A stretch of 64,000 nt of DNA from an uncultured Verrucomicrobiae bacterium (GCA_963818965.1 CAWFUG010000009.1:98212-162211), one strand, 5' to 3'. Shown: positions 1 through 7,813, counted from the first letter of the stretch. Numbers and translations are program-made. The notes: generated by a model from the sequence alone, not told the origin.

Positions 1-613
1 TGAAGAGCTCGTTAGCCTCTTCGATCAGCATTTCTGTCGTCGCATTCATACTCGCCGTGCGGCAGATCAGCCCCATGTCTTGTGGCATTTCAAACGCGCG
101 GATCAACTTTTTCAGCCGGTCTCGCGAAGCTGGATCTTCGATTTTACGCGAGACACCTCGGTGGAACGTATTGGGTAGCAGGACGAGATAGCGGCCTGCA
201 ATCGAAATATTAGAAGTGAGTCGAGCTCCCTTGGTCCCGATCGGCTCTTTGACGACCTGCACCAAGACGGGTTGATCGAGTTTTAGAATTTTGGCGATGT
301 CGGTCTCTTTCTTTTGCTTCGCTTGGGCTTCTGCCAGATCGTAATCCCAATCGAAGTCCATTTCGAACATCTCTTGGAACTTCTGCGTGTTTTCTAAGAT
401 ATCGGAGATGTGGATAAATCCGTTTTCTCCTTCGTTGATGTCGATAAAAGCCGATTGGATGTTATGGAGGATGTTCGTCACTTTGCCGCGGTAGACATTC
501 CCTGTCATTTGGCGATTTTTTTTCCGTTCGATCACTAAATCGTAGAGAATTCCATTTTTAAGCACTGCATAGCGGATCTCTTTCGATTCGATATTGAGGA
601 GGATTTCTTGCAT
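1..613 (-). CDS. rng: Ribonuclease E/G family protein, N-terminal part (runs off the left edge of the window)
   Basis: My own translation of the minus strand from ATG 613-611 gives MQEILLNIESKEIRYAVLKNGILYDLVIERKKNRQMTGNVYRGKVTNILHNIQSAFIDINEGEN..., the S1-domain N-terminus typical of RNase G/E. The frame is open to position 1. It is absent from the ORF track because it has no stop inside the window. Confidence 0.8.
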   Translation of the reverse strand, partial: MQEILLNIESKEIRYAVLKNGILYDLVIERKKNRQMTGNVYRGKVTNILHNIQSAFIDINEGENGFIHISDILENTQKFQEMFEMDFDWDYDLAEAQAKQKKETDIAKILKLDQPVLVQVVKEPIGTKGARLTSNISIAGRYLVLLPNTFHRGVSRKIEDPASRDRLKKLIRAFEMPQDMGLICRTASMNATTEMLIEEANELF

Positions 614-635
614 GGGATCCTTCTAGTAGGTAGAG

Positions 636-791
636 CCAGTTGCAAAACTCGGGCACCCAGTAAAACCGCGCTTTTGAGCCATTTTGTCATCCCGCTACCG
701 AGCCCTACCCCTTGGGGTATGTGCTCGGTAGCGGGATGACAAAATGGCTCAAAATCATCGATTTTTCTGGGCACTCGAGTTTTGAAACCGG
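636..791. repeat. ~156-bp compound palindrome (perfect 32-nt inner arms, imperfect outer arms)
   Basis: Inner arms 672-703 TTTTGAGCCATTTTGTCATCCCGCTACCGAGC and 723-754 are exact reverse complements. Outer arms 636-658 and 769-791 match at about 18 of 23 positions. The loop contains TACCCCTTGGGGTA. It explains the spurious ORF 535..774. Confidence 0.85.
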
Positions 792-904
792 CTCGGTGGT
801 CTAATTTTGTTGCAAGTCCGTTGGTTGTAAATATTTTTTAACAACACGGTTGCATGTGTCAAAGTGTAGAGGATTTTGCGTTGTTTTTCTAGAAAAAATG
901 GGAT

Positions 905-1300
905 TTATTTTTTCTTCGGAGAGTGGCGTTGTTGGACTTTTCTCTGGGCTTGAGTTTGTTTCTGGAGCACTTTGGTCCAGCGGCCGCCCTCTTTGTGTGG
1001 GTAGGCAGGGGTAGAGTCGTTGGGGACCATACCGGGAGTCGTTCTTTTAGATACCCCTTTCTTCTTGGCAGGCCCCTTTTTGACAACGCCTTTTTTCATT
1101 GAGGCGCGTTGTTCTTCTTCTTTTTTGGCGACCTTTTTAGGGAGTTTTTTGAGTGTCTTCTTAGGTTTTAGCGTAGGGCTCGATTCCTTTATGGGCTTGA
1201 CGGGCACGGGTTTGACGAGATAGGCTTTTTGCGCTTTGTGTACTTCTTTTTTCATTTTTTTCTGGTTCTTCTGCGTCATAGGACGTTTGCCACGGTTCAT
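905..1300 (-). CDS. Lysine-rich, very basic small protein (histone-H1-like composition; possible nucleoid or DNA-binding protein)
   Basis: ORF 905..1480 was trimmed to the ATG at 1300 (MNRGKRPMTQKNQKKMKKEVHKAQKAYLVKPVPVKPIKE...KKLPKKVAKKEEE...KKGPAKKKGVSKR) because the upstream part overlaps the sulP start on the other strand. The function is inferred from composition only. Confidence 0.4.
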   Translation of the reverse strand: MNRGKRPMTQKNQKKMKKEVHKAQKAYLVKPVPVKPIKESSPTLKPKKTLKKLPKKVAKKEEEQRASMKKGVVKKGPAKKKGVSKRTTPGMVPNDSTPAYPHKEGGRWTKVLQKQTQAQRKVQQRHSPKKK

Positions 1301-1402
1301 AGAGCCTCGAGATGTAGTGTTTCTCGTGACTGTATCTGTTAATGATTTTTTTGAAAAGAGAGTACTTTGATTTGTCTTTTTGTTTGTGTATAGTTTGGAC
1401 GT

Positions 1403-3261
1403 ATGCGAAAAAACCCAAACTACCTCGCTTTCGTGCCGAAGCTCTTTACCTGTCTTTTTCAGGAGCCTTACAATTGGCACATGTTGAGAAAAGATCTCCT
1501 TGCGGGGGCTACAGTAGGGGTCGTAGCTCTTCCCTTGGCGATGGCATTCGCGATCGCATCGGGGGTCCCCCCAGAAAAGGGACTCTATACAGCCATCATC
1601 GCGGGATTTTTGATCTCATTATTCGGAGGGAGTCGAGTACAGATTGGAGGGCCGACGGGCGCCTTTGTCGTCATCGTCTATAGCATTGTCCAAAGGCAGG
1701 GGTATGAGGGGCTCCTCCTGGCTACTTTGCTTGCTGGAGTGATCCTTCTCATCGCCGGATTTGCGCGCTTAGGCACGTTGATTAAATACATCCCCTACCC
1801 GTTAGTGACGGGGTTCACCTCCGCGATTGCCCTCATCATCTTCTCCTCTCAGGTCAAAGATTTTTTCGGACTGCGATTAACTGAAGTTCCCGCCGATTTT
1901 CTTTCGAAGTGGAAGGCTTTTTTTCAGGCGGCAGGGACGGGAGATCTGTGGACTTTAGGGGTGAGTGCTTCGACTCTTGCGCTGATTCTCTTCATCCGCC
2001 GATTTTTTCCGAAGATTCCTTGGGGAATCGTCTCCATCGGCGTAATTACTCTTCTCGTCGCTTTGTTCCACATTCCTGTCGAGACGATTCAGAAGCGCTT
2101 TGGAGAGATTCCACACATGTTGCCGACACCCGGGCTTATACCCCACTCGGTCAGAAACTTGGAATTTGGGCTGCGTGAAAGCTCCCGCGATTCCACGATC
2201 GGGGAGGGGGCCAGTATTGAGGAAATACAGGCCCCTGCCCCGATCGTAGAATCCCGGGGGTTTGACGCGCCCAAATTCCAAGTTTCTGACCGAGTGGGGT
2301 ATACCCCTTTTTCTTGGGATTTCGCGAAGTTGCAGCAACTCTTTCCCGATGCGATGACGATCGCTTTACTCGCTGGAATAGAATCGCTCCTCTCTGCGGT
2401 GGTCGCCGATGGGATGATCGGGGGCGCCATCGATCGAACTGCGAACTCATCGCTCAGGGACTTGCTAACATCGGCTCTTGTTTTTTTGGAGGCATCCCTG
2501 CCACAGGGGCGATCGCTCGGACGGCTGTCAACATTAAGTCGGGCGGGAGAACTCCGATTGCTGGGATCGTGCATGCGGCCACGCTGCTTCTGATCATTTT
2601 GATGCTCTCTCCTGTCGTTAGCCTCATTCCCTTGGGCGGTCTGGCCGCTGTGCTCGTCATGATCTCCTGGGATATGAGTGAAATCAAACGATTCCGCCGC
2701 CTGTTTCAGGCGCCAGCAGGAGATATCGCTGTTTTACTGACCACTTTTTTCCTGACTATTTTCATCGATTTATCGGTTGCTGTCGCCATCGGGATGATCC
2801 TCGCAGCCTTTCTCTTCATCAGGAGAATGAGCGAATTATCCAAGGTCGTTCCGATGACCTCCCTGATGAAAGAGGATGAGGAGGAGATAGAAGACCCCGA
2901 TGCGATTTCCAACAAAACAATCCCTGCCTTAGTAGAGGTGTATGAGATCGATGGGCCTTTCTTTTTCGGGGTTGCAGACAGCCTGCAAAACCTGCTATTC
3001 CAGTTGGAAAAGCCTCCCAAAGTCTTCATTTTGCGGATGCGAAAAGTTCCCGTGATCGATGCCTCTGGACTGCATGCCTTAAATGAATTTTACGATCGCT
3101 GTATGAAACGGGATACGCAATTGATCTTATCAGGAGTACGCCGGGAACTCTACAACTCGATCCAGCAATATGGGATTGAGAAAAAAATTGGCCAGAAAAA
3201 TATCGTCTCCCATATCGATGCGGCTCTAAGGCGCGCCGAAGATCTCCTCAAATCTGTTTAG
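1403..3261 (+). pseudogene. SulP-family anion transporter with C-terminal STAS domain. The frame is broken once at a G-run and the gene carries an in-frame palindromic insert (pseudogene or 1-nt assembly error).
   Basis: ORFs 1403..2593 and 2314..3261 together give a full SulP: LRKDLLAGATVGVVALPLAMAFAIASG; AGIESLLSAVVADGMIGG then, in the next frame, RHRSNCELIAQGLANIGSCFFGGIPATGAIARTAVNIKSGGRTP; and a STAS-like tail. Reading the GGGGG at 2420-2424 as six G restores ...DGMIGGRHRSN... Confidence 0.8.
2138..2302. repeat. 165-bp palindromic element lying in frame inside sulP
   Basis: Positions 2138-2170 ATACCCCACTCGGTCAGAAACTTGGAATTTGGG are the exact reverse complement of 2270-2302. The interior is an imperfect palindrome. 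The length is 55 codons with no stop in the sulP frame. Confidence 0.85.
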
Positions 3262-4134
3262 TACTTTCCTGGGTGAGATGAAGTGACGCCACTGGGTGTT
3301 CTTAAATCTCGAAGGGGGAAGCCACCACGGGGGTAGGGCGAGTTGTCCGCGCTTCCAGTCGGGGCGCCACAGACGCATCCGTTTCTCATCGCTCGCGATT
3401 GTCACGGTGGGAAGATCTAGATTTGAGCCTAAATGTCCGAGAAGAGAATCATTTCCGATCACAAACCCCGATTCATAGACAAATGCGGCAAGTGCGCCTA
3501 AATTCGGAAAATCTATACTCTCAAATGCGTCGCATTTCCACTCCAAGCGTTCCTGAGGGCTCATACAAAAGATGGGGGAGAACCCCTTCGCGCACAGTTT
3601 CTTCGCTAGAGAAAAATAAGAAGAGAGCAGCCAGTTCTTCGCCGTCTCTCGGCTAAACGGGTGGAGGATGACCCGTTTTACGTATTTGCGATGTGTTAAA
3701 TGGACGGGGGGAGCGATCCCGTTGTTTTTGGAGGGAAATTTGAGCTGTAATAGGGTACCGATCGATTTACCGATGTTTTCCGCCATCGGTAGATTAGGAT
3801 CGAATACGAAATCATTGGGAGTTAAAGGGGCATGCTTGTGCGGGGAATAGGTCGGATAAAACATGCTGACGATCGGCCTCAGTTCTTTGAGGAATGTAGC
3901 GATCCGAGGAGAATTGTCATTCTCTACGACGATGAGATCAAAAGAAGAGAGGAGGGTCGTTGTCGGGTTTTGAAGAGGGGAGAGGCATTGCCCAGGAAAC
4001 CAAGAGGCGAGTTCGGGCAAGGGGTCGTGGAAGGTCGTGACATGATAGCCTGCCTTTTTCAGATGATGGGAGGCGATCATCATCAAGAGACCATCTCCAA
4101 TGCCCAAAGCGGGTAACACAGCAGCTTTTTTCAC
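3226..4134 (-). CDS. Glycosyltransferase family 9-like protein (heptosyltransferase-like)
   Basis: 302-aa ORF with a GTG start. The N-terminal LPALGIGDGLLMM and C-terminal GFVIGNDSLLGHLGSNLDLPTVTI resemble GT9 signatures. It has a 36-nt convergent overlap with the sulP 3' end. Confidence 0.55.
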   Translation of the reverse strand: MKKAAVLPALGIGDGLLMMIASHHLKKAGYHVTTFHDPLPELASWFPGQCLSPLQNPTTTLLSSFDLIVVENDNSPRIATFLKELRPIVSMFYPTYSPHKHAPLTPNDFVFDPNLPMAENIGKSIGTLLQLKFPSKNNGIAPPVHLTHRKYVKRVILHPFSRETAKNWLLSSYFSLAKKLCAKGFSPIFCMSPQERLEWKCDAFESIDFPNLGALAAFVYESGFVIGNDSLLGHLGSNLDLPTVTIASDEKRMRLWRPDWKRGQLALPPWWLPPSRFKNTQWRHFISPRKVLNRFEEIFGAP

Positions 4135-4144
4135 GGGTGCTCCG

Positions 4145-4250
4145 TTTTGGGTATGAGTCTACAGGGAGTTGCCTTAAGATTTCGAGAAAATTTTAGTGGG
4201 ACGCATCCTGCGCGGCCCTACGGGCAACTTTTGAGTCTACTTGGCTATAA
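4145..4250. repeat. Degenerate copy of palindromic repeat family A
   Basis: Positions 4207-4249 CCTGCGCGGCCCTACGGGCAACTTTTGAGTCTACTTGGCTATA match the loop plus one arm of the 7751-7813 element. The partner arm (about 4145-4173, TTTTGGGTATGAGTCTAC...) is decayed. Confidence 0.5.
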
Positions 4251-4263
4251 GCGCGCGGGGTAT

Positions 4264-4299
4264 ATAAAAAAAGCCTGTTGGGGAGACCCCAACAGGCTT
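4264..4299 (-). terminator. Rho-independent terminator of the groEL paralogue
   Basis: On the minus strand: AAGCCTGTTGGGG-TCT-CCCCAACAGGCTT followed by TTTTT, about 34 nt after the groEL stop. Confidence 0.7.
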
Positions 4300-4332
4300 A
4301 AGAAGCATTGCGAAGAAGCGCTCTTATTTGCG

Positions 4333-5916
4333 CTATTCTTGCTCAGGGGCGTTGCCGATTAGCGCCTCAGAGAGAATGACGACGCCAGCAGTAGAGGCTG
4401 CGTACCGCAGAGAGTTTTTGATCATCTTTGCGGGGTCGATGATACCTGCCAGCAAGAGATCTTCCACCTTTTCTGATACGGCATTGAATCCGAAGGAAAG
4501 GCCTTTAGAGAGGACTTCATCCAAGATGACAAAAGCATCGAGACCTGTATTGAGGACGATCTGTTTCAGGGGCGCTTCACATGCCTTGAAGACGATCTCA
4601 GCACCGAGTGCCTCATCTCCCTTCAAATCGAGAGTGCAGTTTTTGCTTGCGCGTAAGAGTGCGACGCCGCCTCCGATGACGATCCCCTCTTCGATCGCAG
4701 CGCGCGTCGAATTGAGGCTATCTTCAAAGAGTTGCTTTTTCTGTTTGAGCTCAGGTTCTGTCGCAGCGCCGATGCGAAGGACGGCGACGCCTCCAGAGAG
4801 TTTCGCTTTCCGCTCATCGAGTTTTTCCTTATCATAAGGGCTCGTCGTGCGGGCGATTTCAGCTTCGATGTGAGCGACGCGCTCGTGGATTTCTTTAGAA
4901 CTTCCTCGGCCATTGACGATGGTCGTTTTGTCTTTAGTGATCTGGATTTTTTCAGCAGATCCTAAGGACTCTACAGTGGCATCTTTGAGAGAAAGGCCTC
5001 TTTCCTCAGAGATAACGACGGCTCCCGTCAAAATCGCGAGGTCTTCTAGGAGCGCTTTACGGCGATCGCCAAAGCCAGGCGATTTTACGGCGCAAACTTT
5101 GAGGGTTCCGCGTAGTCGGTTGACGACGAGAGTTGAGAGAGCATCCCCTTCGATCTCATCTGCGATGATGAGCAGTTCCGTCGCTGTCGAGGCGATGACT
5201 TGGAGGATGGGGAGGATCTCTTGGATAGAGGAGATCTTCTTATCTGTAATCAAGATTTTAGGGTTGTTCATCTCGACGCTTAACAGCTCTGCATTTGTGC
5301 AGAAATAGGCGCTGACGTACCCGCGATCGAACTGCATCCCTTCGACCATTTCGATGGAGGTCTCTGTGCTCTTTCCCTCTTCGATCGTAATGACGCCCGC
5401 CTTACCGACTTTTGCAAGTGCATCAGCGATCAGCGAACCGATCTCCTCAGTTCCAGAAGCGGAGGCCACGGCGATATTGCGCACTTGGGTGTCACTTTCG
5501 ATCGCAATCGCCATTTTTTCCAATTCGAGGATGATCGCATCGACCGCTTTATCCATTCCTCTCTTTAAACCAATCGGAGAAGAGCCTGAGGCGATGTTCT
5601 TAACCGCAGCTTTTACGAGCCCGCGCAAGATGACAATACTCGAAGTCGTCCCATCTCCACAATTTTCCTTCATCTTGCTCGCCGTCTCTTTTCCCAAAGC
5701 AACCCCCATATTCGCATATTGGTCTTTGAGTTCGACTTCTTTGGCGATGCTGTTGCCATCGTTTGTAATTCTGGGAGCACCCCAAGAGGCTTGCAGACCG
5801 ACATTTTTGCCTTTAGGGCCGAGCGTCACGGAGACGACATCTGCCAGCATATCGATCCCTTCGCTCAACTTAGCGCGCGCTTCTTCTTCGAAAATGAGTT
5901 CTTTAGCTTGGGACAT
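4333..5916 (-). CDS. groEL: Chaperonin GroEL (Cpn60) paralogue with no adjacent groES and no GGM tail
   Basis: 527 aa. AKELIFEEEARAKL..VTLGPKGKNV.., GDGTTS (canonical GDGTTT), ..VKSPGFGDRRKA... The position next to murF matches chlamydial groEL3 as I recall. Confidence 0.85.
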   Translation of the reverse strand: MSQAKELIFEEEARAKLSEGIDMLADVVSVTLGPKGKNVGLQASWGAPRITNDGNSIAKEVELKDQYANMGVALGKETASKMKENCGDGTTSSIVILRGLVKAAVKNIASGSSPIGLKRGMDKAVDAIILELEKMAIAIESDTQVRNIAVASASGTEEIGSLIADALAKVGKAGVITIEEGKSTETSIEMVEGMQFDRGYVSAYFCTNAELLSVEMNNPKILITDKKISSIQEILPILQVIASTATELLIIADEIEGDALSTLVVNRLRGTLKVCAVKSPGFGDRRKALLEDLAILTGAVVISEERGLSLKDATVESLGSAEKIQITKDKTTIVNGRGSSKEIHERVAHIEAEIARTTSPYDKEKLDERKAKLSGGVAVLRIGAATEPELKQKKQLFEDSLNSTRAAIEEGIVIGGGVALLRASKNCTLDLKGDEALGAEIVFKACEAPLKQIVLNTGLDAFVILDEVLSKGLSFGFNAVSEKVEDLLLAGIIDPAKMIKNSLRYAASTAGVVILSEALIGNAPEQE

Positions 5917-5954
5917 GGCTTAAATCTCCTTAGGTATAGATTGATGTGTCCACG

Positions 5955-5983
5955 AGTATAGGAAAAATTGAGTTATCTCGCAA
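5955..5983 (-). promoter_or_regulatory. Candidate sigma70-type promoter of the groEL paralogue
   Basis: The minus strand reads TTGCGA-17 nt-TATACT, about 39 nt upstream of the ATG. AAGGAG lies 8 nt before the ATG. Confidence 0.35.
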
Positions 5984-6058
5984 TGGCTATACCCTTAAGT
6001 GGGCGAAAAGGTAGAGGGTAAAAATTTTGCTTGGCCGAATAATGGTTTCAAGAAAGTT

Positions 6059-6877
6059 TTAAGCGTCATTTAAAAGTTTATTGTATACTTCTCGCTTAGG
6101 GAGGCCGACGATCTCTGCAGCGAGCTTGATGGCCTCTGTCTTGTGAAGGGAAAATTCATTTTGCAGGTAGGCGACGAATTCTTTTAACGGGAGGTCACTT
6201 GTCTCTTTTTCCTCTCCGCAACCAGAGATGAGAAGGACCATTTCTCCCCGGGCAGGATGGGTTTTAAAATGGGTAAGGAGCTCTGTCGCATTGCCAAAAA
6301 GACACTCTTCATGCCGTTTGGTCAACTCGCGCGCCACGCAGAGCTTTCTTTGGGGAGCGAGCTCTTCTAGTCTTTCTAAAGTGTCAGAGATTCGGTGGGG
6401 CGCCTCGTAGCTGACCGTGGTCCCTTTGTAGAGAAGGGCGTGGAGTAACGCGTGGCGCATGTCTTGGTGGGTCTTGGGCAAAAATCCTAAGAACTGAAAA
6501 GGGATGGGTGGAAATCCCGAAAGGGTGAGAGCCGTCACGAGAGCGCAAGCTCCGGGGATGGCAGAGACGGGGATCCCCCGTTCATGGCAGCGGGCGACGA
6601 GCGATTCTCCAGGGTCTGCGATGAGGGGAGTGCCGGCATCGGAGATCAGCGCGATCGTCTTTCCCATTTCGAGATCTTCGAGGATCCGCTCTTCGCTCGC
6701 TTGCTCTTTGAACTTATGAAAAGATTTAAGAGGGGTTTCGATCTGGTAATGATTGGTCAGGATACGGCTGTGCCGCGTGTCTTCGCAGAGGATGTAATCG
6801 CACCCCTTTAGGGTGCTGACCGCCCTAAACGTGAGATCTTCGAGATTTCCAATGGGTGTGGCGACGAGGTATAGCAC
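6059..6877 (-). CDS. rsmI: 16S rRNA (cytidine1402-2'-O)-methyltransferase RsmI
   Basis: LYLVATPIGNLEDLTFRAV, ILCEDTRHSRIL, ISDAGTPLIADPG. The ORF-track N-terminus (to 6979) runs through tRNA-Cys, so it was trimmed to the GTG at 6877. An out-of-frame ATG at 6890 lies across an A7 run. Confidence 0.8.
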   Translation of the reverse strand: MLYLVATPIGNLEDLTFRAVSTLKGCDYILCEDTRHSRILTNHYQIETPLKSFHKFKEQASEERILEDLEMGKTIALISDAGTPLIADPGESLVARCHERGIPVSAIPGACALVTALTLSGFPPIPFQFLGFLPKTHQDMRHALLHALLYKGTTVSYEAPHRISDTLERLEELAPQRKLCVARELTKRHEECLFGNATELLTHFKTHPARGEMVLLISGCGEEKETSDLPLKEFVAYLQNEFSLHKTEAIKLAAEIVGLPKREVYNKLLNDA

Positions 6878-6909
6878 TTTTTTTGGACATTTTTTTGGGG
6901 AACAAAAAA

Positions 6910-6980
6910 GGTGGCACCCAGATTCGAACTGGGGAATGGAAGCTTTGCAGGCTTCTGCCTTACCACTTGGCGATGCCACC
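6910..6980 (-). tRNA. tRNA-Cys (anticodon GCA)
   Basis: Folded by hand from GGTGGCA TC GCCA AGTGGTA AGGC A GAAGC CTGCAAA GCTTC CATTC CCCAG TTCGAAT CTGGG TGCCACC. It is 71 nt, CCA is not encoded, and a T-run follows. Confidence 0.9.
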
Positions 6981-7063
6981 GAAAAGAACCCAAAAATCGA
7001 TTGAAATTTTTTACTGAGATGGGTTCAATAACCGTAAATTATGCGCGAGAGATGCAAAACTCG

Positions 7064-7735
7064 TCAATTGAATTCCGCTTTGCGGATCCATTTTGTAGCA
7101 ATCCACTTAGTCCCTTTGAGAACTGGAGCTCCTCCATGCAACGTCATAGGGTCTTCCACCCCTTCAGGGGTGCAATTATAAAATAAGACGGCATTCCCTT
7201 TGACAGGCTGGACTTTGATCCCAGCTCTTGGAAAGACAGTCTCGCCGCCCTCTTCCGTATCGGCCAAATACATGATCATAGTGGCGATGCGCTGTCCACC
7301 CCGGTTGAAGCAGAGAGCACCACCCGGTGTACTGCGATCGAAGTAGTCGAAATGCGGCTTATACTCCTCTCCTATTCCATAATTTAACACTTGAATCGCT
7401 TCTCCATTTTCTAGGGGGAGCATTGTGAATTCGGCGATTCTCTTCTCGATCTCGTGGAGAACGGGATCGTTCGATCTGGTTTGAAAGAACATCCCCTTAC
7501 TCGTGCGATCGGGGTTGACGACTCCATTCGCATCGCTCAAGGAAACGACCGTAGAGCGTTTCAACTCAGGCTTTGATTTCTCGATCAAATAGTCGCACTC
7601 ATAAGCCGAAAGAAAGTTCTCAACGAGAAAGACACGCGGAGCCCAGCTCAACACCTTCAGTTGTTGCGAAGAGTTCTCTGCGAAGACGAAAACGGGAAGC
7701 AAAAGGGCGAAGAGACAGGATAAAGCTCTAGACAT
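7064..7735 (-). CDS. Prolyl 4-hydroxylase-like 2OG-Fe(II) oxygenase with signal peptide
   Basis: MSRALSCLFALLLPVFVFAENS (signal); LSWAPRVFLVENFLSAYECDYLI; KPHFDYFD (HxD); MTLHGGAPVLKGTKWIATKW (distal His and Lys). The ORF-track N-terminus 7736..7852 is the palindromic element and was trimmed to the ATG at 7735. Confidence 0.75.
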   Translation of the reverse strand: MSRALSCLFALLLPVFVFAENSSQQLKVLSWAPRVFLVENFLSAYECDYLIEKSKPELKRSTVVSLSDANGVVNPDRTSKGMFFQTRSNDPVLHEIEKRIAEFTMLPLENGEAIQVLNYGIGEEYKPHFDYFDRSTPGGALCFNRGGQRIATMIMYLADTEEGGETVFPRAGIKVQPVKGNAVLFYNCTPEGVEDPMTLHGGAPVLKGTKWIATKWIRKAEFN

Positions 7736-7750
7736 ACAACACCTCCTAGT

Positions 7751-7813
7751 ATACCCAAGTGGACTCAAAATTTGGCCGTAGGGCCGCGCCAAATTTTGAG
7801 TCCACTTGGGTAT
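7751..7813. repeat. Palindromic repeat family A (best copy)
   Basis: ATACCCAAGTGGACTCAAAATTTGG (7751-7775), loop CCGTAGGGCCGCG, then CCAAATTTTGAGTCCACTTGGGTAT (7789-7813). The 25-nt arms are perfect. Confidence 0.9.

Noticed and set aside
1955-2574. Minus-strand ORFs 1955..2338, 2089..2574 and 2151..2450 within sulP
   Set aside because: They stay open only because they traverse the 165-bp palindrome, which reads similarly on both strands, and the antisense of a transporter gene. They are not independent genes.
4328-5923. Several 60-190-aa ORFs on the plus strand (4328..4837, 4913..5308, 5354..5923 and others) and in alternative minus frames across the groEL region
   Set aside because: They lie entirely inside, and antisense or out of frame to, a full-length GroEL with clear motifs. 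Their products are low-complexity Ser/Ala/Arg-rich shadow translations.
5917-6058. CIRCE/HrcA operator upstream of the groEL paralogue
   Set aside because: I looked for TTAGCACTC-N9-GAGTGCTAA and found nothing resembling it. Only a sigma70-like -35/-10 pair is present.
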